A stretch of 64,000 bases of DNA from Eledone cirrhosa (GCA_964016885.1 OZ024743.1:73098001-73162000); one strand, 5' to 3'; shown: positions 1 through 14,318, counted from the stretch's first letter. A program made the numbers and translations. Notes: generated by a model from the sequence alone, not told the origin.

Positions 1-75
1 TGAACTCAGAACATAAAGGGTCGTAACTCTTGTAAGGGCGTCCGACCCTCTACCGATACTGCCAATCCACCGCCC
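1..75 (-). mobile_element. tRNA-derived SINE family 1, head fragment cut by the window edge
   Basis: Reverse complement matches the head of the copy at 13609 (ggtggattggcagtatcggtagagggtcggacgcc...gagttca). Confidence 0.8.
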
Positions 76-797
76 TAAAATACCGATATAATAAATATGG
101 TTTCATGTTCTACTTTACATTCCACTGCAATAATCTCTTCTAAAGTAACTTCACAGTGAGCAGAATAACATACACGTGTTACTGTAGCTTTAAGTCAGTT
201 GAAACTAATATATGCTTAGAACTAAGTAGGAACGAAATATATCTTCATATTGTTATTATATTCTTAATGAAGAAATGCATGTGGCCGTTCATGCAGTTAC
301 ATTATAAACGCCACATGTTATAAAGTAAAAATATGATAGTTACAGCTACAATAAAACGTAAAAGGTAACTTAATATATGCTATAAATGCAATATATCACA
401 TATCTTCTTCATTTCAATAGTATCGTATGCGCCCTTCTCAGCAAAGCAATTATTATTTCGTTTTAATTATGTACAGCTATTTCTATTCTATGCATCTATT
501 TGCAATGTATACACGCAACACTACGAACACTCAAAGACACACACACACACGCACAAACACAGGCTCATACATACATACACACATGAGCGAACATGCACAT
601 GCTGAAACACACGCATATAGACATGCATACACACACACACACACACACACACACGTAATGTCATGTGTACATATCTTCGTGTGTGTGTGTCTGTACGTAT
701 GCCTGTATGCATGTATGCGGGTGCATGTACGCTCCTGCGTGCTTGTGTGTGTGTGTGTGTGTGTGTAGTATGTGTCTCTGTGCTCGTACGTTTCTCG

Positions 798-829
<32 letters not shown>

Positions 830-875
830 GTTTATATATATAGATTTGAATGGATACAGTTTAGTTGAAAGGAAT

Positions 876-996
876 TTATTGACACGTGTTTCTATAACAG
901 TTACATAACCTGAAAACAGTTGCTATCTACAAAGTTTTAGTTATGCAGACATTCAATATTTCAATGTTATTATTTACTGTCATTTCATCAGAATAA
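876..996 (-). ncRNA. Type I hammerhead ribozyme with long helix II
   Basis: Minus strand: ttatt-CTGATGA-(~92 nt imperfect hairpin atgacagt...actgttat)-GAAA-cacgtg-TC-aataa. Confidence 0.7.
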
Positions 997-1543
997 TATT
1001 ACTGAGGACCTATTTGGTTTTTATAGAGAATATTAGGAGGGAGGGGTGAAGTTGTTAGAAGAATAGTTGAGGGAGTGGTTTTTTGATAGCAGTGAGAATT
1101 TTTGGTGGCAGTGAGTAATTAGATTCCCATCTGTTGTTTTGACATTTTTATAGAATAAATTATTGGTTATTTTTCTAAATCTATAGAAGGATTAGAGATA
1201 GTAAAGATATGCGGGGTTGGTTTTGTGTTTGCACTTAATTAACATTCAGACTTAAATTTTTCTTTCAAGTGTACGTATCCTTTCACCCACGCATTCACAC
1301 ACAAATATATTTGCACACCTCTACAAAATACATATACTCACATTCACATAGTAACATGTTCATACTTACATACATATACACATGCATACATATATATATA
1401 CACACATGTATTCATGTACATACATACGCGTTCATGTGTATACATTTTCATACTCAACTTATCTTTATATACACACGTATAGACACACACATATATACAT
1501 ACATACTCTAGTCTATGTGTACATATATACATATACATACACA

Positions 1544-1627
<84 letters not shown>

Positions 1628-1901
1628 TATAAGCACTTTAATACATGAATATACTTACATCTAACTATACACATCAAACATATATATATATTTACTTATT
1701 TATATACATTTTCACATATATATACATACTTATGGACGTTTTTAGACACATTCATTATCGCATATTTGCACCTATTCTCATCAGCATATCTTTCCATTAT
1801 TAGTGTGGTAATTTAAGGTTATTAATATATGTTGAGAAGAGATTGTTTTTATATTTTTCTAACTAGATTGAGGTTTATATAGTTGGGGGGATGTCCCTCT
1901 T

Positions 1902-4014
1902 TTATGTAATATTCGGCTTGTAGTGGGAAAAAAGGGTTTTAGTTCTGTGACGGCAGAATAATGTTCGTTCAATTCTGTTATTCAGCAATTTCTTCTTGTG
2001 TGTGATTATGTAATAAATCTCAAGATTACACAATTTGCAGAAATTTTGGCTTCTGGAAAAGCTTTGGGTTTTAGCTAATTTCTCCCATTTTAGGGTAAAC
2101 TTTTGATCCCTATCCCTGAGCATCCAAGCTTTTTCTGCTAAAGTTGTTACATTTCTTTGGCTCTGGTGTTTTATTGAGTAAGAATGCCTATATAATCGAG
2201 ATTTAAACGATGTTGCCGCTGATCCCACGTAATACCACTCGTTGCCTCCGGATTTAATGGTACACTTATAAATAATTTTTTTTTCAAGGCAGTTATTGCC
2301 GAGGGGGCAGTTGTCAGGATAGGTGCAGTTACAGTTGTGTACGTTGGGTTTTCTCCGGAGTAGTATTGCGGACGAACTTAGGTGTGGTTTATTTATGTTC
2401 TGTAGTGTATTGTCTACTGTTTTTTTTTTGTGTTCTTTGTACTTAAGTTCTTAGTGTTTTCGTTTAACCTTCTAGTATTGATCTTTTTTATGTGTTGTTC
2501 AAGGTTTAACGCTGTAGAGTATGACAGTCTTATAGTGGTAGGGTTTAGGATTTTGTGATATTTGTGTGATGTAGGAAAATGTCTCTTAATTATTTTAAAG
2601 AAGAGTACTGGTAAATTTGTACTAATGGAACTATTGTATTCGGGGTTATACCATAAGTACTCCTTGCATCGCTTTCTATTAGTTTTGTTTGTTGGTTTAC
2701 TGGTGTGCATACTATGGTAGTAAGTGTGGTTTGGTGTTGTGTTATTATATCTACCTATGTGGGATTTATTTTGGGTGTTTTGATTGTTCCCATCTATATA
2801 CTCTATTTTATTGAGGTAGCCTGCTTTACTAAGGGCGTTATCGTAGTACTCGGCGTGTTCCTTAAATACTTGTATGTTAGAAGATAGACCCGAGATTCTA
2901 AGGGAAATATTTTTAGGGATAGATTTAATTATAGAGATGGGGTGGTTAGACCCAACATTTACGTATTTGAGATTTTCATTCAATTTATGAAACGGTTTAA
3001 TCAAACCAGAGTTTAAATTGAGTGTGACATCCAGGAAGTTAACTACTTTAAGGTTGTATTCATATGTTATAGTTAGTCCTATTTCGAGTAGTAGTTTTCT
3101 TATATCTTTGCGTAGTTTTTTCTAGTTATTGGTTATTTAGGTTTTTAACTAGGAGGAGAACATCGTCGCGGTATATTCCGCCGTGGAGATTGCTGAATTT
3201 TTCCTGGAGTCTAAAGGCGATAAATAACCCCACAATATCAGTTATTTCCGCCGAATAGTTAGAGCCCATTGTTATGTCAAAGTTAGAGGGTCTATCTTTA
3301 CGTACCCAATAACTGTTCTCAAATTTGACTATAGTTTTCCTAGCTTCTAATATAATCTTAATTTCATCGTTTGTAAGGTCAGAGTTATCCTTAGCAAACT
3401 TAATGGCTCTATTCAAAGTTTCAGGTGATATCGATGAGTAATATTCATCGATATCAAACTGGATAAACTTAGATTTATTCTTATTGCTAATGCTATTAAA
3501 CCATCTTATTGCTTCTTGGGTCTTCCCCCAGAGTTTAATGTTAACCTTAGCCTTAATTTGGGGATGATTCTATCTAAGATATATTTGCTTATTTTACCTA
3601 TATCTGATTTAGAGGGGCAGATTAATCTAATTTTAGGGTCATTATCAAAGTTTACCTTATGGTCCTTAAGATTGAAGGTGGGTACCGCCGGTAAGAGTGG
3701 TCCTGTACTATCTTCGATTCCGAGATTGTTCACTATTTCGCATGCCTCATCATTGATGTGCTTAAGAGTAACTTCATTCGTTTTTCTATATTTTTTATGT
3801 AATTCTTTTCGAATGAAGTTGTTGTATGTAGTGCAATCCATAGTATACAGGTTTGATGTTTTGTCCGCTTTTACTACCATTCCTTTGGTGTTTTTAAGGT
3901 CATCCAGTAGTTTTTTTATATCTTTCTGTAATTTGTTGTTGGTGTTGCGTCCTTTGAATATAATTTTAAGGATTAAGTTCATAAGGTCCTGCTCAAATGC
4001 ATCTAATAGTGGGT
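1902..4014 (-). pseudogene. Disrupted, 5'-truncated PLE ORF (RT + GIY-YIG), Naiad-like
   Basis: Motifs KADKT, KDHK..F.NDPKIRLICPSKSDIGKISK, FDITMGS, GIYRDD, SNHP, CNC-x5-CPL-x3-C, YVGSA, CKLC and CRH occur across several frames with stops and frameshifts. Confidence 0.92.
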
Positions 4015-4490
4015 AAAACCCACCCACCAACCCACTATTAGATGCATTTGAGCAGGACCTTATGAACTTGATCCTTAAAAATGTGTGTATATATATATGT
4101 ATGCATGTGTATATGTATGTAAGTATGAACATGTTACTATGTGAATGTGAGTATATGTATTTTGTAGAGGTGGGCAAATATATTTGTGTGTGAATGCGTG
4201 GGTGAAAGGATACGTACACTTGAAAGAAAAATTTAAGTCTGAATATTAATTAAGTGCAAACACAAAACCAACCACGCATATCTTTACTATCTCAATCCTT
4301 CTATAGATTTAGAAAAATAACCAATAATATATTCTATAAAAATGTCAAAACAACAGATGGGAATCTAATTACTCACTGCCACCAAAAATTCTCACTGCTA
4401 TCAAAAAACCACTCCCTCAACTATTCTTCTAACAACTTCACCCCTCCCTCCTAATATTCTCTATAAAAACCAAATAGGTCCTCAGTAATA

Positions 4491-4611
4491 TTATTCTGAT
4501 TAAATGACAGTAAATAATAACATTGAAATATTGAATGTCTGCATAACTAAAACTTTGTAGATAGCAACTGTTTTCAGGTTATGTAACTGTTATAGAAACA
4601 CGTGTCAATAA
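4491..4611 (+). ncRNA. Copy of the 876-996 hammerhead with core mutation (CTGATTA), probably inactive
   Basis: Same fold as 876-996 but G8 is changed to T. Confidence 0.55.
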
Positions 4612-4796
4612 ATTCCTTTCAACTAAACTGTATCCATTCAAATCTTTCTATTTTTCTCCGGATTACTTTTGGAACTACAACTGGAACCGTCGAGCAAACT
4701 CTACGTGAGCTGTCAATCTACTGTGTGTAATATTTATATTACAACACAACGGAAAATACTGTATATATATATATATATATATATTTAATTATATAT

Positions 4797-5222
4797 ACAT
4801 AACTGAATTCATTCGCCAGATATAGGGGTTGCCTCCCTTGCCGATCCCCACGTGGGGTCAGCAATAGTCAGCCTTGTATTAACATTGAACTAAAACCTGT
4901 TGAGAAAGTGGCTTCCTTGTTCAATCATCTTACCAGAAGCCTGACATTATATATGTAAGCGGACAGTACTTGATTTAGGAGCCGCAGAAACCCATATACT
5001 GGATTTTACCAACCTTCCAGGGGTCCGGGTAAATTTTCAATACCCGAATTACTTGATCGTTTTTTTGGCTATGCGAATGATTGTTTAACCATCGTCTCAG
5101 TGTGTTTGGCATTTAACGTTTGTTAGAGCTCTGGTTCTTCTGAATCATTGAACACTTGCCGCACATCTCGGAGGTTGTTTTTCGTTATTTGGTGGGCCGA
5201 AATGCGAATCTCCATAATTTAT
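4797..5222. repeat. Unclassified (TA)n-flanked repeat, family G
   Basis: Collinear conserved blocks shared with 50138-50582 (actgaattcatt, cctgttgagaaagtg, gcagaaaccc, tactggattttacc, ccgaaatgcga). Confidence 0.75.
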
Positions 5223-5284
<62 letters not shown>

Positions 5285-5316
5285 GTTAATGTATAATAAA
5301 CAATACAATATAATTA

Positions 5317-5385
5317 CCTCATTACCAGAGGTTTCCCGAATAAGACGAATACGAAAAACGACCTCATTCGATTCGTCGGACAAGG
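5317..5385 (-). ncRNA. Hammerhead variant with CCGACGA core
   Basis: ccttgt-CCGACGA-helix II (cgaatgagg..cg/cgtcttattcg)-GAAA-cctctgg-TA-atgagg. Confidence 0.65.
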
Positions 5386-6675
5386 CAATTTAAAACATAG
5401 TGAAATATTTGGAAAGTCTCCTCAAGAAATGCAAAACATATATAAATAAAAGTAATGAAAGAGATATATAAAAATATAAGGAAATATAGTTAGGGGTATG
5501 TGTATATGTATGTATATACACATATACACTCACAAATGTACATATGTGTGTATGTACAAATGCATCTGTATGGTGAAAATGATTATTTTTACTTCACATC
5601 CAGCAGTAACCCCCCCCCCCTACTTTTCGATTCACTACCTGATTCTGCTGTCACTTGCGTTTCCCACTCCAGATATATTCTGTTGTTTCGCAGCCGATTT
5701 TATATTTGTACTCATTTATTCATATGGCTGATTTATAATCTGTATCTATGTGTGCCTGAGTGTGATTGTGTGTATATGTTCTGTATATGTATACGAACGC
5801 CTCCGCATGTGTGCGTGCGTAAGTATATATATGTGTGTGTATGTGTGTTTTTATATCTATGTTTTTTATATCTAGGGTTTTTACATTTCTATTTTTACGT
5901 GTGTGTGTATGCGGGTGAATGTATGTGCATGTGTATGTATATGTGTATATATGTATATGTATGTATGGGTGTGTATGTATATGTATATATATATATAGTC
6001 GCGTACGTACGTGTGATTAGATATACATGGAGCGATATATATATATACGTGCCTCGTGTGTATGTATGTACGCATGCATGCGCTTTTGTCTGTACGTATT
6101 TGTGTGTATAAATATTTATATATATATATATGTGTGTATGTACGTGATACCTATGTTTGTTTTCTTTTCTCTAGTGTTAATTGATTAATTTCTCTTTGAT
6201 TTAAAAATGTTTTCATTCTCATATACTGTTTCATTTTTATACATATATCGAGAATGACACTTATTTTTACTATTACACTCCTTTCCCTCTTTATCTTCCG
6301 CATATAAGTGACCGCGCGTGTGTGTGTGTTTATACGCGTGCTTTCATACTCGTATGTGTATTTAATACCTGTATCTGGATGCGTGTCAACTATATTTTCA
6401 TACGACTTCTTTATCAACTCATATTATATACGTATTTGTGGTCACATATACACAAATATACTTGCCCTCATATATGTACTTACGCACACATTTTCACCAT
6501 ACAGATGCATTTGTACATACACACATATGTACATTTGTGAGTGTATATACATACATATACACATACCCTAACTATATTTCCTTATATTTTTATATATCTA
6601 TTTCATTACTTTTATTTATATATGTTTTGCATTTCTTGAGGAGACTTTCCAAATAGTTCACTATGTTTTAAATTA

Positions 6676-6743
6676 CCTTGTCCGACAAACGAATGAGGAC
6701 GTTTTTCGTATTCGTCTTATTCGGGAAACCTCTGGTAATGAGG
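6676..6743 (+). ncRNA. Family A hammerhead, mutated core (CCGACAA)
   Basis: Same fold as 5317-5385 with G8 changed to A. Confidence 0.5.
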
Positions 6744-6847
6744 CAATTATATCGTATTGTTTATTATATATTAAATTTTGCTCTGGCACTTACATAGAGC
6801 ATTCTTCACTCCTATGACTTTTTCAATTTTCAACGGAAACTTCAATA

Positions 6848-6899
<52 letters not shown>

Positions 6900-7195
6900 A
6901 AAAATGGAGGTGTGACACATGAGTTGTGATATATTAGTAAAAGGAAAAGAAAATGGTCACAAATTTTTCCCAGTGAAAAATAGTTTAATTAGGAATAAGT
7001 ATAAATTAGTAATAAGTATTGGTTAGTATTCAGTTTTAGTTGTAAGTTCTTACCGGTTGCGCATTTCTAATGCTTTTAAAAAATAATTTTGAGATAGAGC
7101 ACCCGTGATGTTTGCTCTAATCTGATCAGTTTTGGGAATTCTTCCTGTTTTACGTGAATATCTTCCTGTTTTATATATATATATATATATATATA

Positions 7196-7232
<37 letters not shown>

Positions 7233-7237
<5 letters not shown>

Positions 7238-9057
7238 GTAAAAAAATTTTAGATAGAGTCATCCCACAAATAAGAAAACATGTTAATTTATCACTCTGGG
7301 AAAACACATCCCAGGTAATTAACTGGTTTAATAATATTAGATATAAATCCTCTGCTTCATCTCTACAATTTGATACAGATAATTACTATTCTTCTTTATC
7401 ACCTATACTCCTGAACAAAGCCTTGATATTTGCTAAAAATAGATCTAACTTAACTTTGGATGACATTAATATTATTACACATGCTAGACTAACACTACTG
7501 AATTTCAGAATGAATACTGGACCAGAAACACATATAGTAATCTATTTGATATTACTATGGGCTCAAGCGATTCTGCCCAAATTACTGATCTTGTGGGCCT
7601 CTTTCTTCTTTTTAACATAAATGCTTCCTTTCCCCACCTTAAAGGTGGTTTATATCGTGACGACTGTCTTCTTCTTTCCAATAACCTTAGCCTCTCAGAG
7701 ATAGAAAAAAATAAAAAGCTTATTAGAACTTTCCTTAAAGACTATTATAGTCTAGATATTACATTTGAAAACACAAGTAAAGTAGTTAATTTCCTAGATA
7801 TAACATTAGACTTATCTACGGGTATCTACCAACCTTACCATAAACCCAACCAAAATTTACACTACATACACTCACAATCTAATCACCCTAAATCTATCCT
7901 TAAAAACCTTGCATATAATATATCACTTAGAATTTCTAACCTTTCATCTAACCAAGATGTATTTGATAAAAATGCGACCTTTTATAACGAAGCTCTAGCT
8001 AGAAGTGGCCACAAAAATAGATTAGAATATATACCTTCTACCAATAACACTACAAACATACAACCTAATATTACCAACAAACACCAAATGAAACGTACAC
8101 ACCTAAATGCCACTCACACTATACCCCAAAATACCAACATAAAACCAAATTTCTCTAACTCCTCTAATATACAGTATAGTAACTCTCAAAAAACTACTCA
8201 TCCTACAACTCTAATAAATGTTAATAATAAAACTCCTAATAAACAAGCTAAAACACCTAAATCAATAAATCTAACTAAAAATGTGTGTAGAGAGGTCATT
8301 AACAATAATTCTCCTAGTAAACATCAGGATGCATCCTATAAAAACAATAAACAACATAGAAACCGTAATAGACGAGTTACTTGGTATAATGCTCCATTTA
8401 ATTTACAAGTTAAGGATAATATACCTAAAAAATTCTTTAATATCCTAGAGAAACACTTCCCGCCAAACCACAAATACCATCAAATCTTAAATTCTCCTAC
8501 TCAACAACCAAAAACATAAAACAAAATATAAGTGCCTATAATGCATATAAGTGTAAAAAACCCATAAGTATACCACCAGTACATCAAACTAGCCATAATA
8601 TCTCCTCAAATACAGGATTCACGAAAAGTTGTAACTGTAGAAACAAGGCAAACTGTCCATTAAAAGGAAATTGCCTTGTTAATAACATAATATATAAATG
8701 TAAAGTTAATACTAAGGACTCTATTTGTTCATATATAGGAGCTACCTCTAACAATTTTAAGGTAAGATTTAATACCCACAAACATAGTTTTTTTTAAATG
8801 CCGCACTAGCTAATACAACATCTCTAGCTGAAAAAATTAATAGTTATAGAAAGAGGAATATAGAATATGACATGACCTGGAGTGTGCTCAAAAGAACCAC
8901 CCCTTATCAAAATAGTAGAAATGAATGTAGATTGTGTTCCCAAGAACTTTTCGAAATAATGAAATCTAAGGATATCCTATTAAATAAGCGACAGGAATTA
9001 ATAATATCGTGTAATCATAAACTGAGAAAAACATTTAAATATTATAAATCTAATTAA
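7233..9057 (+). pseudogene. 5'-truncated PLE 2 ORF (RT + GIY-YIG), Naiad-like, frameshifted
   Basis: ISKKILDRVIP, MGSSDSAQITDLVG, GLYRDD, NFLDITL, SNHP, WYNAPF, CNCRNKANCPLKGNC, YIGAT, CRLC and CNH. Starts directly after (TA)n. Confidence 0.92.
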
Positions 9058-9290
9058 TATACACTTTAGAAATTAATATATAGATTAATTTTAATTTAGT
9101 TAACCTATAATTTTAATTTAGTTAACCTATAATTTTAATTTAGTTAACCTATAATTTTAATTTAGTTAACCTATAATCAAAATTCTACTACAGATGAAAT
9201 ACAAAATATCGTGTAATCATAAACTGAGAAAAACATTTAAATACTATAAACCTAATTAATATACACTTTAGAAATTAATATATAGATTAA
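9005..9290 (+). repeat. ~85-bp direct duplication of the PLE 2 ORF end, enclosing a 22-bp tandem repeat (x4)
   Basis: atatcgtgtaatcataaactgag...tatagattaat at ~9005 and ~9206. The unit aattttaatttagttaacctat is repeated over ~9086-9175. Confidence 0.85.
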
Positions 9291-9542
9291 TGCCTTAAGT
9301 AAACATATATAAAGCTTTAACTTCAGGTTATGACTCTATGTTCCTTGAAACCTATATATATTTACTATTTCCCACTAATAAATTTAATCACCCCCCCCCC
9401 CGCAATAATTATATGTATATGTAAGCGTGGATGTGTGTGTATATAAGCGTGTATGTATGTATGTGTGTATGTATGAGAGTGTAAAAATACATATATATGT
9501 ATGTGTAGATATGTATATATGTATATGTGTATATGTGTGTGA

Positions 9543-9577
<35 letters not shown>

Positions 9578-9747
9578 TGTGTGTGCGTGTGTGTGTATGT
9601 ATATGTACATGTGTATATGCGTATATATATATGTATATATATGTATGGGTATATGTTTGTGTGTGTATGTGTATGTATGTGTGTATATATATATATGTGT
9701 GTGTGTGTATGTGGGTGTGTATGTATGTGTATATATATGTAGGTATA

Positions 9748-9814
<67 letters not shown>

Positions 9815-10194
9815 TTTTTATATTTTTATATTATTTTAATCTCCCCTCATCCTTAACAGCACTTTTAAACTGCATCTAACTCTTATTTATCACATCTATA
9901 TGTATTAGTATAATGTTATCAATATATATATATATATATATATACCCTTCAATTAAATTAATTTTATATCTTTTTCATAGATGTATTTTTTTCACTAACA
10001 TCCTTATCTTAAAACTCTGGTCACCCTAGATATTTGTATTGGCATCACTATTTTATAACAGCAACTGCTTGTATACCTTTTACTGACCACCTGACCTAAT
10101 TTCACCCCTAAAATAAGTTTCAATTACTACTATTTTACCATTTGGCCAAATATTAACTTTCTATGGGTTAATTCTAAACCTCTTACCAAACAGA

Positions 10195-10897
10195 CAGAAT
10201 ATATTTGATCTTTGTTGGTTTTAGTCAATGAACAAATAAATTTATTTCTGAGGTCAACATATGACCTACTTCTTCCCTAAAGTAATCCATTATTATATTG
10301 GATCTTTGTTGGTTTTATTCAATGAACAATTAAAATTATTTCTGAGGTCAACATATGACCTACTTCTTCCCTAAAGTAGTCCTTCATTCATAATACTCTT
10401 TTCCATCCAAAACTGAAATCTACTTCCCCTACCCATAATTTAAGGTTCTCCTAATGCTATCTATCTTGACCCTCACTATCTCCTGATTGGTCAATTCAAA
10501 ACCTGTTCCCAAACAGACCTATTGTATTGAATCTTTGTTCTTATCAATAAACAAGTATCATTATTTCTGAAGACAGCATATATATGTGAAGGTATGTATA
10601 TTCCCTCTGATAGTTTGTATAAATATTGTACATAGATCTATAGAATATGCATACCAATTCTAACACATATATATCCTAGAAACGATCGTAAAATAATGAA
10701 CTTTTTTTGTTTAATATAAGGAACTGTTTCTTTGTTTATTCATTATTTTTTAATAATTTATCTTGATTCTGTTTTCCGTTTATTTTTCACCGAAAGTAGT
10801 TTTTGAATGCATCTTCTCTTTTCATGATATCCGGATTACATTGAGTTCTTCATACGGATTGGACACTACCGTAAACTTTTGGTAGATTTATCTACAT
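10195..10897 (+). mobile_element. pLTR-like element, family F, with ~100-bp tandem subrepeats and an HHR
   Basis: 10594-10897 is near-identical to 50763-51058. Ends at (TA)n. Confidence 0.75.
10561..10696 (+). ncRNA. Type I hammerhead with ~105-nt helix II
   Basis: ttattt-CTGAAGA-c agcatatatatgtg...cacatatatatcct a-GAAA-cgatcg-TA-aaataa. Predicted cleavage after A10690. Confidence 0.75.
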
Positions 10898-10997
10898 ATA
10901 TATATATATATATATATATAAATATATATATACGTATATTTATATATATGTTTATATATTTATATATATACTTAATTATATATATATATATATATAT

Positions 10998-12412
10998 AAC
11001 GAAGGAAGTGTGGTAAGAACCAGGGGATCCATAACGCACAAGAGTTCTCGATACTTGGGGTAGTAGAGTGGGTAATAGGAAAAGAGTCAGGTCCCTGACG
11101 GCACAGCTCCGGCCGTTTCGAAACCTAGGTCTGAAATCTGTTCAGACCTATCTGCCGAATCGACCGGAACTCAGCCGTCGGGGTCCTGACTCTTTCCCTC
11201 TAATACCACTAACATCCCCCGACCCCACGCACACGAACACACACACACACCCACACACACTTACACCACCCACTCTACACACACTACCACCACTGACCCC
11301 CACTAACACACCCGCATTCAACCCCTTCGCCACCACAATTATACTAACACCCACTAACACCCCTTCAACACACACACACTTATCCAAACACGCACACACA
11401 CTACACTCCCTCTACCGTCCACCACACCTTTCTCTCCCTCTCCCCGCTCCACCTAGACCCCTTAACACACACGCACACACATCCCACTAACATTTCTACT
11501 AATACACACCCATCTCCCGTATGACCCCCTCCCCACTCCACCTTTCACACCTACCTATCCCCTCCCCTGTCCACCGCACCTCCGCACACACTGACAAACT
11601 GACTTTCTCCACCTGCCATTCTCCTCTACTGCTGCTATGCCTTGACCCTCCTGACCACTCCTCCGCACACACAGACGCACAGCCGTCTCCACCTGTCATT
11701 CTCCTCTACCCTCATCCTGCATTGACCCTCTGACCACTTTCTGTTGCGAGCGCACCCCACATCTCCTCTCTTCCGACCACCACAACCACGGATTACACAC
11801 CATTGGCCATCGTTCCTACTATCTACTCCATCACATGGAAAATATCCGGCATTTCACCACACCCTCTACGGAACTACCTTAGGAACTTACCCACGGACAT
11901 ACACTCACAAACTTTTTTTCGAACCACGCTACCTACATCCACGAAACTTATAAACACCACACACAGTGCATACAACCACATATATACACACTCAGCCTCC
12001 AGAATCCTCTCTCCCCCTCCCCCACCCATCTGACCCCTCCCCATCCACACACACACACACACACCGATCTACACCCCACCTCACACACACACCTTTTACT
12101 GAACATGGAACCCCTGCCTCTCTCTCTCCACTCCACCCGACACCACCACTACTCGCCCCACACCCTTCCACCACTTGTTTATCTTCATGTTTATTTTTTT
12201 TTTTTTGTACCCCTTCCACCGTCCCCCCCCCTGTTCTAAATGTCTCTCCTCCACTCCCCTACACACCCTCAGAACTCTCTTCCCACCCACTTTTCGCCTG
12301 AAGAAGGCCTTTTGCCCGAAACGTCTTTCCCCACCCTCACACTCAAGAGCGTGAAACTAATAAACCTTTGTTCGTACTGCCTCTCTGTTTTGTTCCCGTT
12401 CCATTTTTCACT
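10998..12412. mobile_element. Composite PLE-type remnant: family E end (minus), ~110-nt hairpin, C/A-rich region, Penelope-type 3' end
   Basis: The family E end recurs at ~21348 and ~51088. Hairpin at ~11082-11194 (aagagtcagg...cctgactctt). Minimal HHR core at 12298. Confidence 0.6.
12298..12325 (+). ncRNA. Minimal Penelope-type hammerhead core
   Basis: CTGAAGA-aggc ctttt gccc-GAAA-cg-TC. Helix I is not evident. Confidence 0.5.
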
Positions 12413-12420
12413 ATATATAA

Positions 12421-12477
<57 letters not shown>

Positions 12478-12480
<3 letters not shown>

Positions 12481-12625
12481 ATAATAAATGTGAAGACTAA
12501 AATCCAAAGAGGGCTCGATAAGGATAAATATATATCAAATATATAAGAACCCTAGAGCTAATATTTATTAAAATAACAGATTAAAATTTCACCCTTAACT
12601 TTAATCTGTTATTTTAATAAATATA
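12478..12625. repeat. Short fold-back element, related to 45678-45898
   Basis: tatttattaaaataacagattaaa / tttaatctgttattttaataaata arms plus a shared tail. (TA)n on both sides. Confidence 0.75.
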
Positions 12626-12635
12626 TATATATATT

Positions 12636-12917
<282 letters not shown>

Positions 12918-12989
12918 GCACAAACACACATATGTAAATATCTTTATATTATATATACATCTAAAAAGGAGAAAACTCCAACAGATTAT

Positions 12990-13251
12990 GTCGATTTCAT
13001 TGTCGCAGACCCTCTTACTTGTGATGTATGCCGCAAAATCTACAAGAGTCGCTCTGGATTCACAATAATCTTCAGTTAATAGACCTAAACGTCAGGTGTA
13101 AATATAGAGTCGGATTTAGTGTGTAGACTGTGTGGCAAACTCTGCAAATCTCTCGTTGGATTCAAAAGTCATTGCCGATTTCTCGTTGGTAGGAACAATC
13201 AACTGTGAGTCAGCTATGGTCGTGCTCCTCTTTCAAGTGGACGGCCACCAT
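12990..13251 (+). mobile_element. RTE-type LINE 3' end (zinc-finger tail and 3' UTR)
   Basis: Translates to [13 protein letters not shown] and CRLCGKLCKSLVGFKSH. Ends in ggccaccat, as does 23772-23910. Confidence 0.6.
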
Positions 13252-13262
13252 TATATGTCTAT

Positions 13263-13472
13263 AGCGGTGGTTTGGCAATATCGTTAGGCAACATGATTGG
13301 TAGAATAGAGCTAGGGGCCTTTACTTTCTGAGTTCAAATCCCGCCGAAGTTAGCTTTGCCTTTCATCCTTGCGGGATCGATAAAATAAAGCACCAGTAAT
13401 GCACTAGTGTCGAATTAATTGATTTTCCCCTACCCTTCAAATTGCTGGCCTTGTGCCTAAGTTATAAACAAT
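13263..13472 (+). mobile_element. SINE family 1
   Basis: tRNA-like head with B box gagttcaaatcc, core ctttgcctttcatcc...gtcgataaaataaagyaccag, tail ggccttgtgcct. Confidence 0.85.
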
Positions 13473-13608
13473 TATATAGTAATGTATGTAAGTTATATTG
13501 TTATGTTTATATTATGTGTGTAATTGAAATTTGGTAATAAGTGTATCAGTGAGGCTGATTTCCTTTCTGAGTATACAGTGCATAGCGTGTTATTGTTTGT
13601 TTGCAGAA

Positions 13609-13828
13609 GGTGGTGGATTGGCAGTATCGGTAGAGGGTCGGACGCCATGCTTTGCAGCATAGAGTTACGGCTCTTTATGATCTGAGTTCAAATCCCACCG
13701 AGGTTAACTTTGCCCTTCATCCTTACGGGATCAATAAAATAAAGTACCAGTCACGCACTGGGGTCGATTTAATCGACTTCCCCACCCCCCAAAATTCCTG
13801 GCCTTGTGCCTATATCAGAAAGCATTGT
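13609..13828 (+). mobile_element. SINE family 1
   Basis: Full-length copy with the same head, core and tail. Confidence 0.88.
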
Positions 13829-14262
13829 TTGTTTTCAGACAGTGGTATATGGTTTTTCTGCACTAAATAGATTGCAAGTACAGTAATGTAATTTCTTTTT
13901 CTTGGAGGGTCTAATTGCTCCTGACTGGTGATATGAGGTCTATAATATATTTTATTGTTACATTTAATACTTCTCCAATACATCCCTACGTCTGTCGTTC
14001 AAGCTATAATTCCTCCCCTCACGAGATGCTAACGGGCTAAAATTAACTCTGCTCTGCTAAATTTTAATTCAATTATACAATCGAAAGAGTTTACGGTTGA
14101 CCGTAGGGCGTAGTTAATACAAATATTTACACTATTTTCCTTAAAGTATAGTTCTTAGCTGTAAATGGTTGTACTGGCCTTTAACTAAAAACAATACAAA
14201 TAAACATACATATATGTATGTGTATATGGACACACATCCACACACACACGCATATATATATG

Positions 14263-14318
<56 letters not shown>

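Larger units (their letters stand above)
841..4751. mobile_element. Penelope-like element 1 with inverted pLTRs, inserted in (TA)n
   Basis: 841-~1405 is the reverse complement of ~4082-4645. Both ends abut (TA)n. The interior encodes RT and GIY-YIG. Confidence 0.9.
5285..6850. mobile_element. Non-coding PLE-type pLTR element, family A, with inverted 5' arm
   Basis: 5285-~5565 is the reverse complement of ~6490-6773. The body matches 52080-53178. Flanked by (TA)n and carries HHRs. Confidence 0.85.

Noticed and set aside
9086-9175. CRISPR-like short repeat array (also 24025-24075)
   Set aside because: Head-to-tail tandem repeats without unique spacers, in a eukaryotic context with no cas genes.
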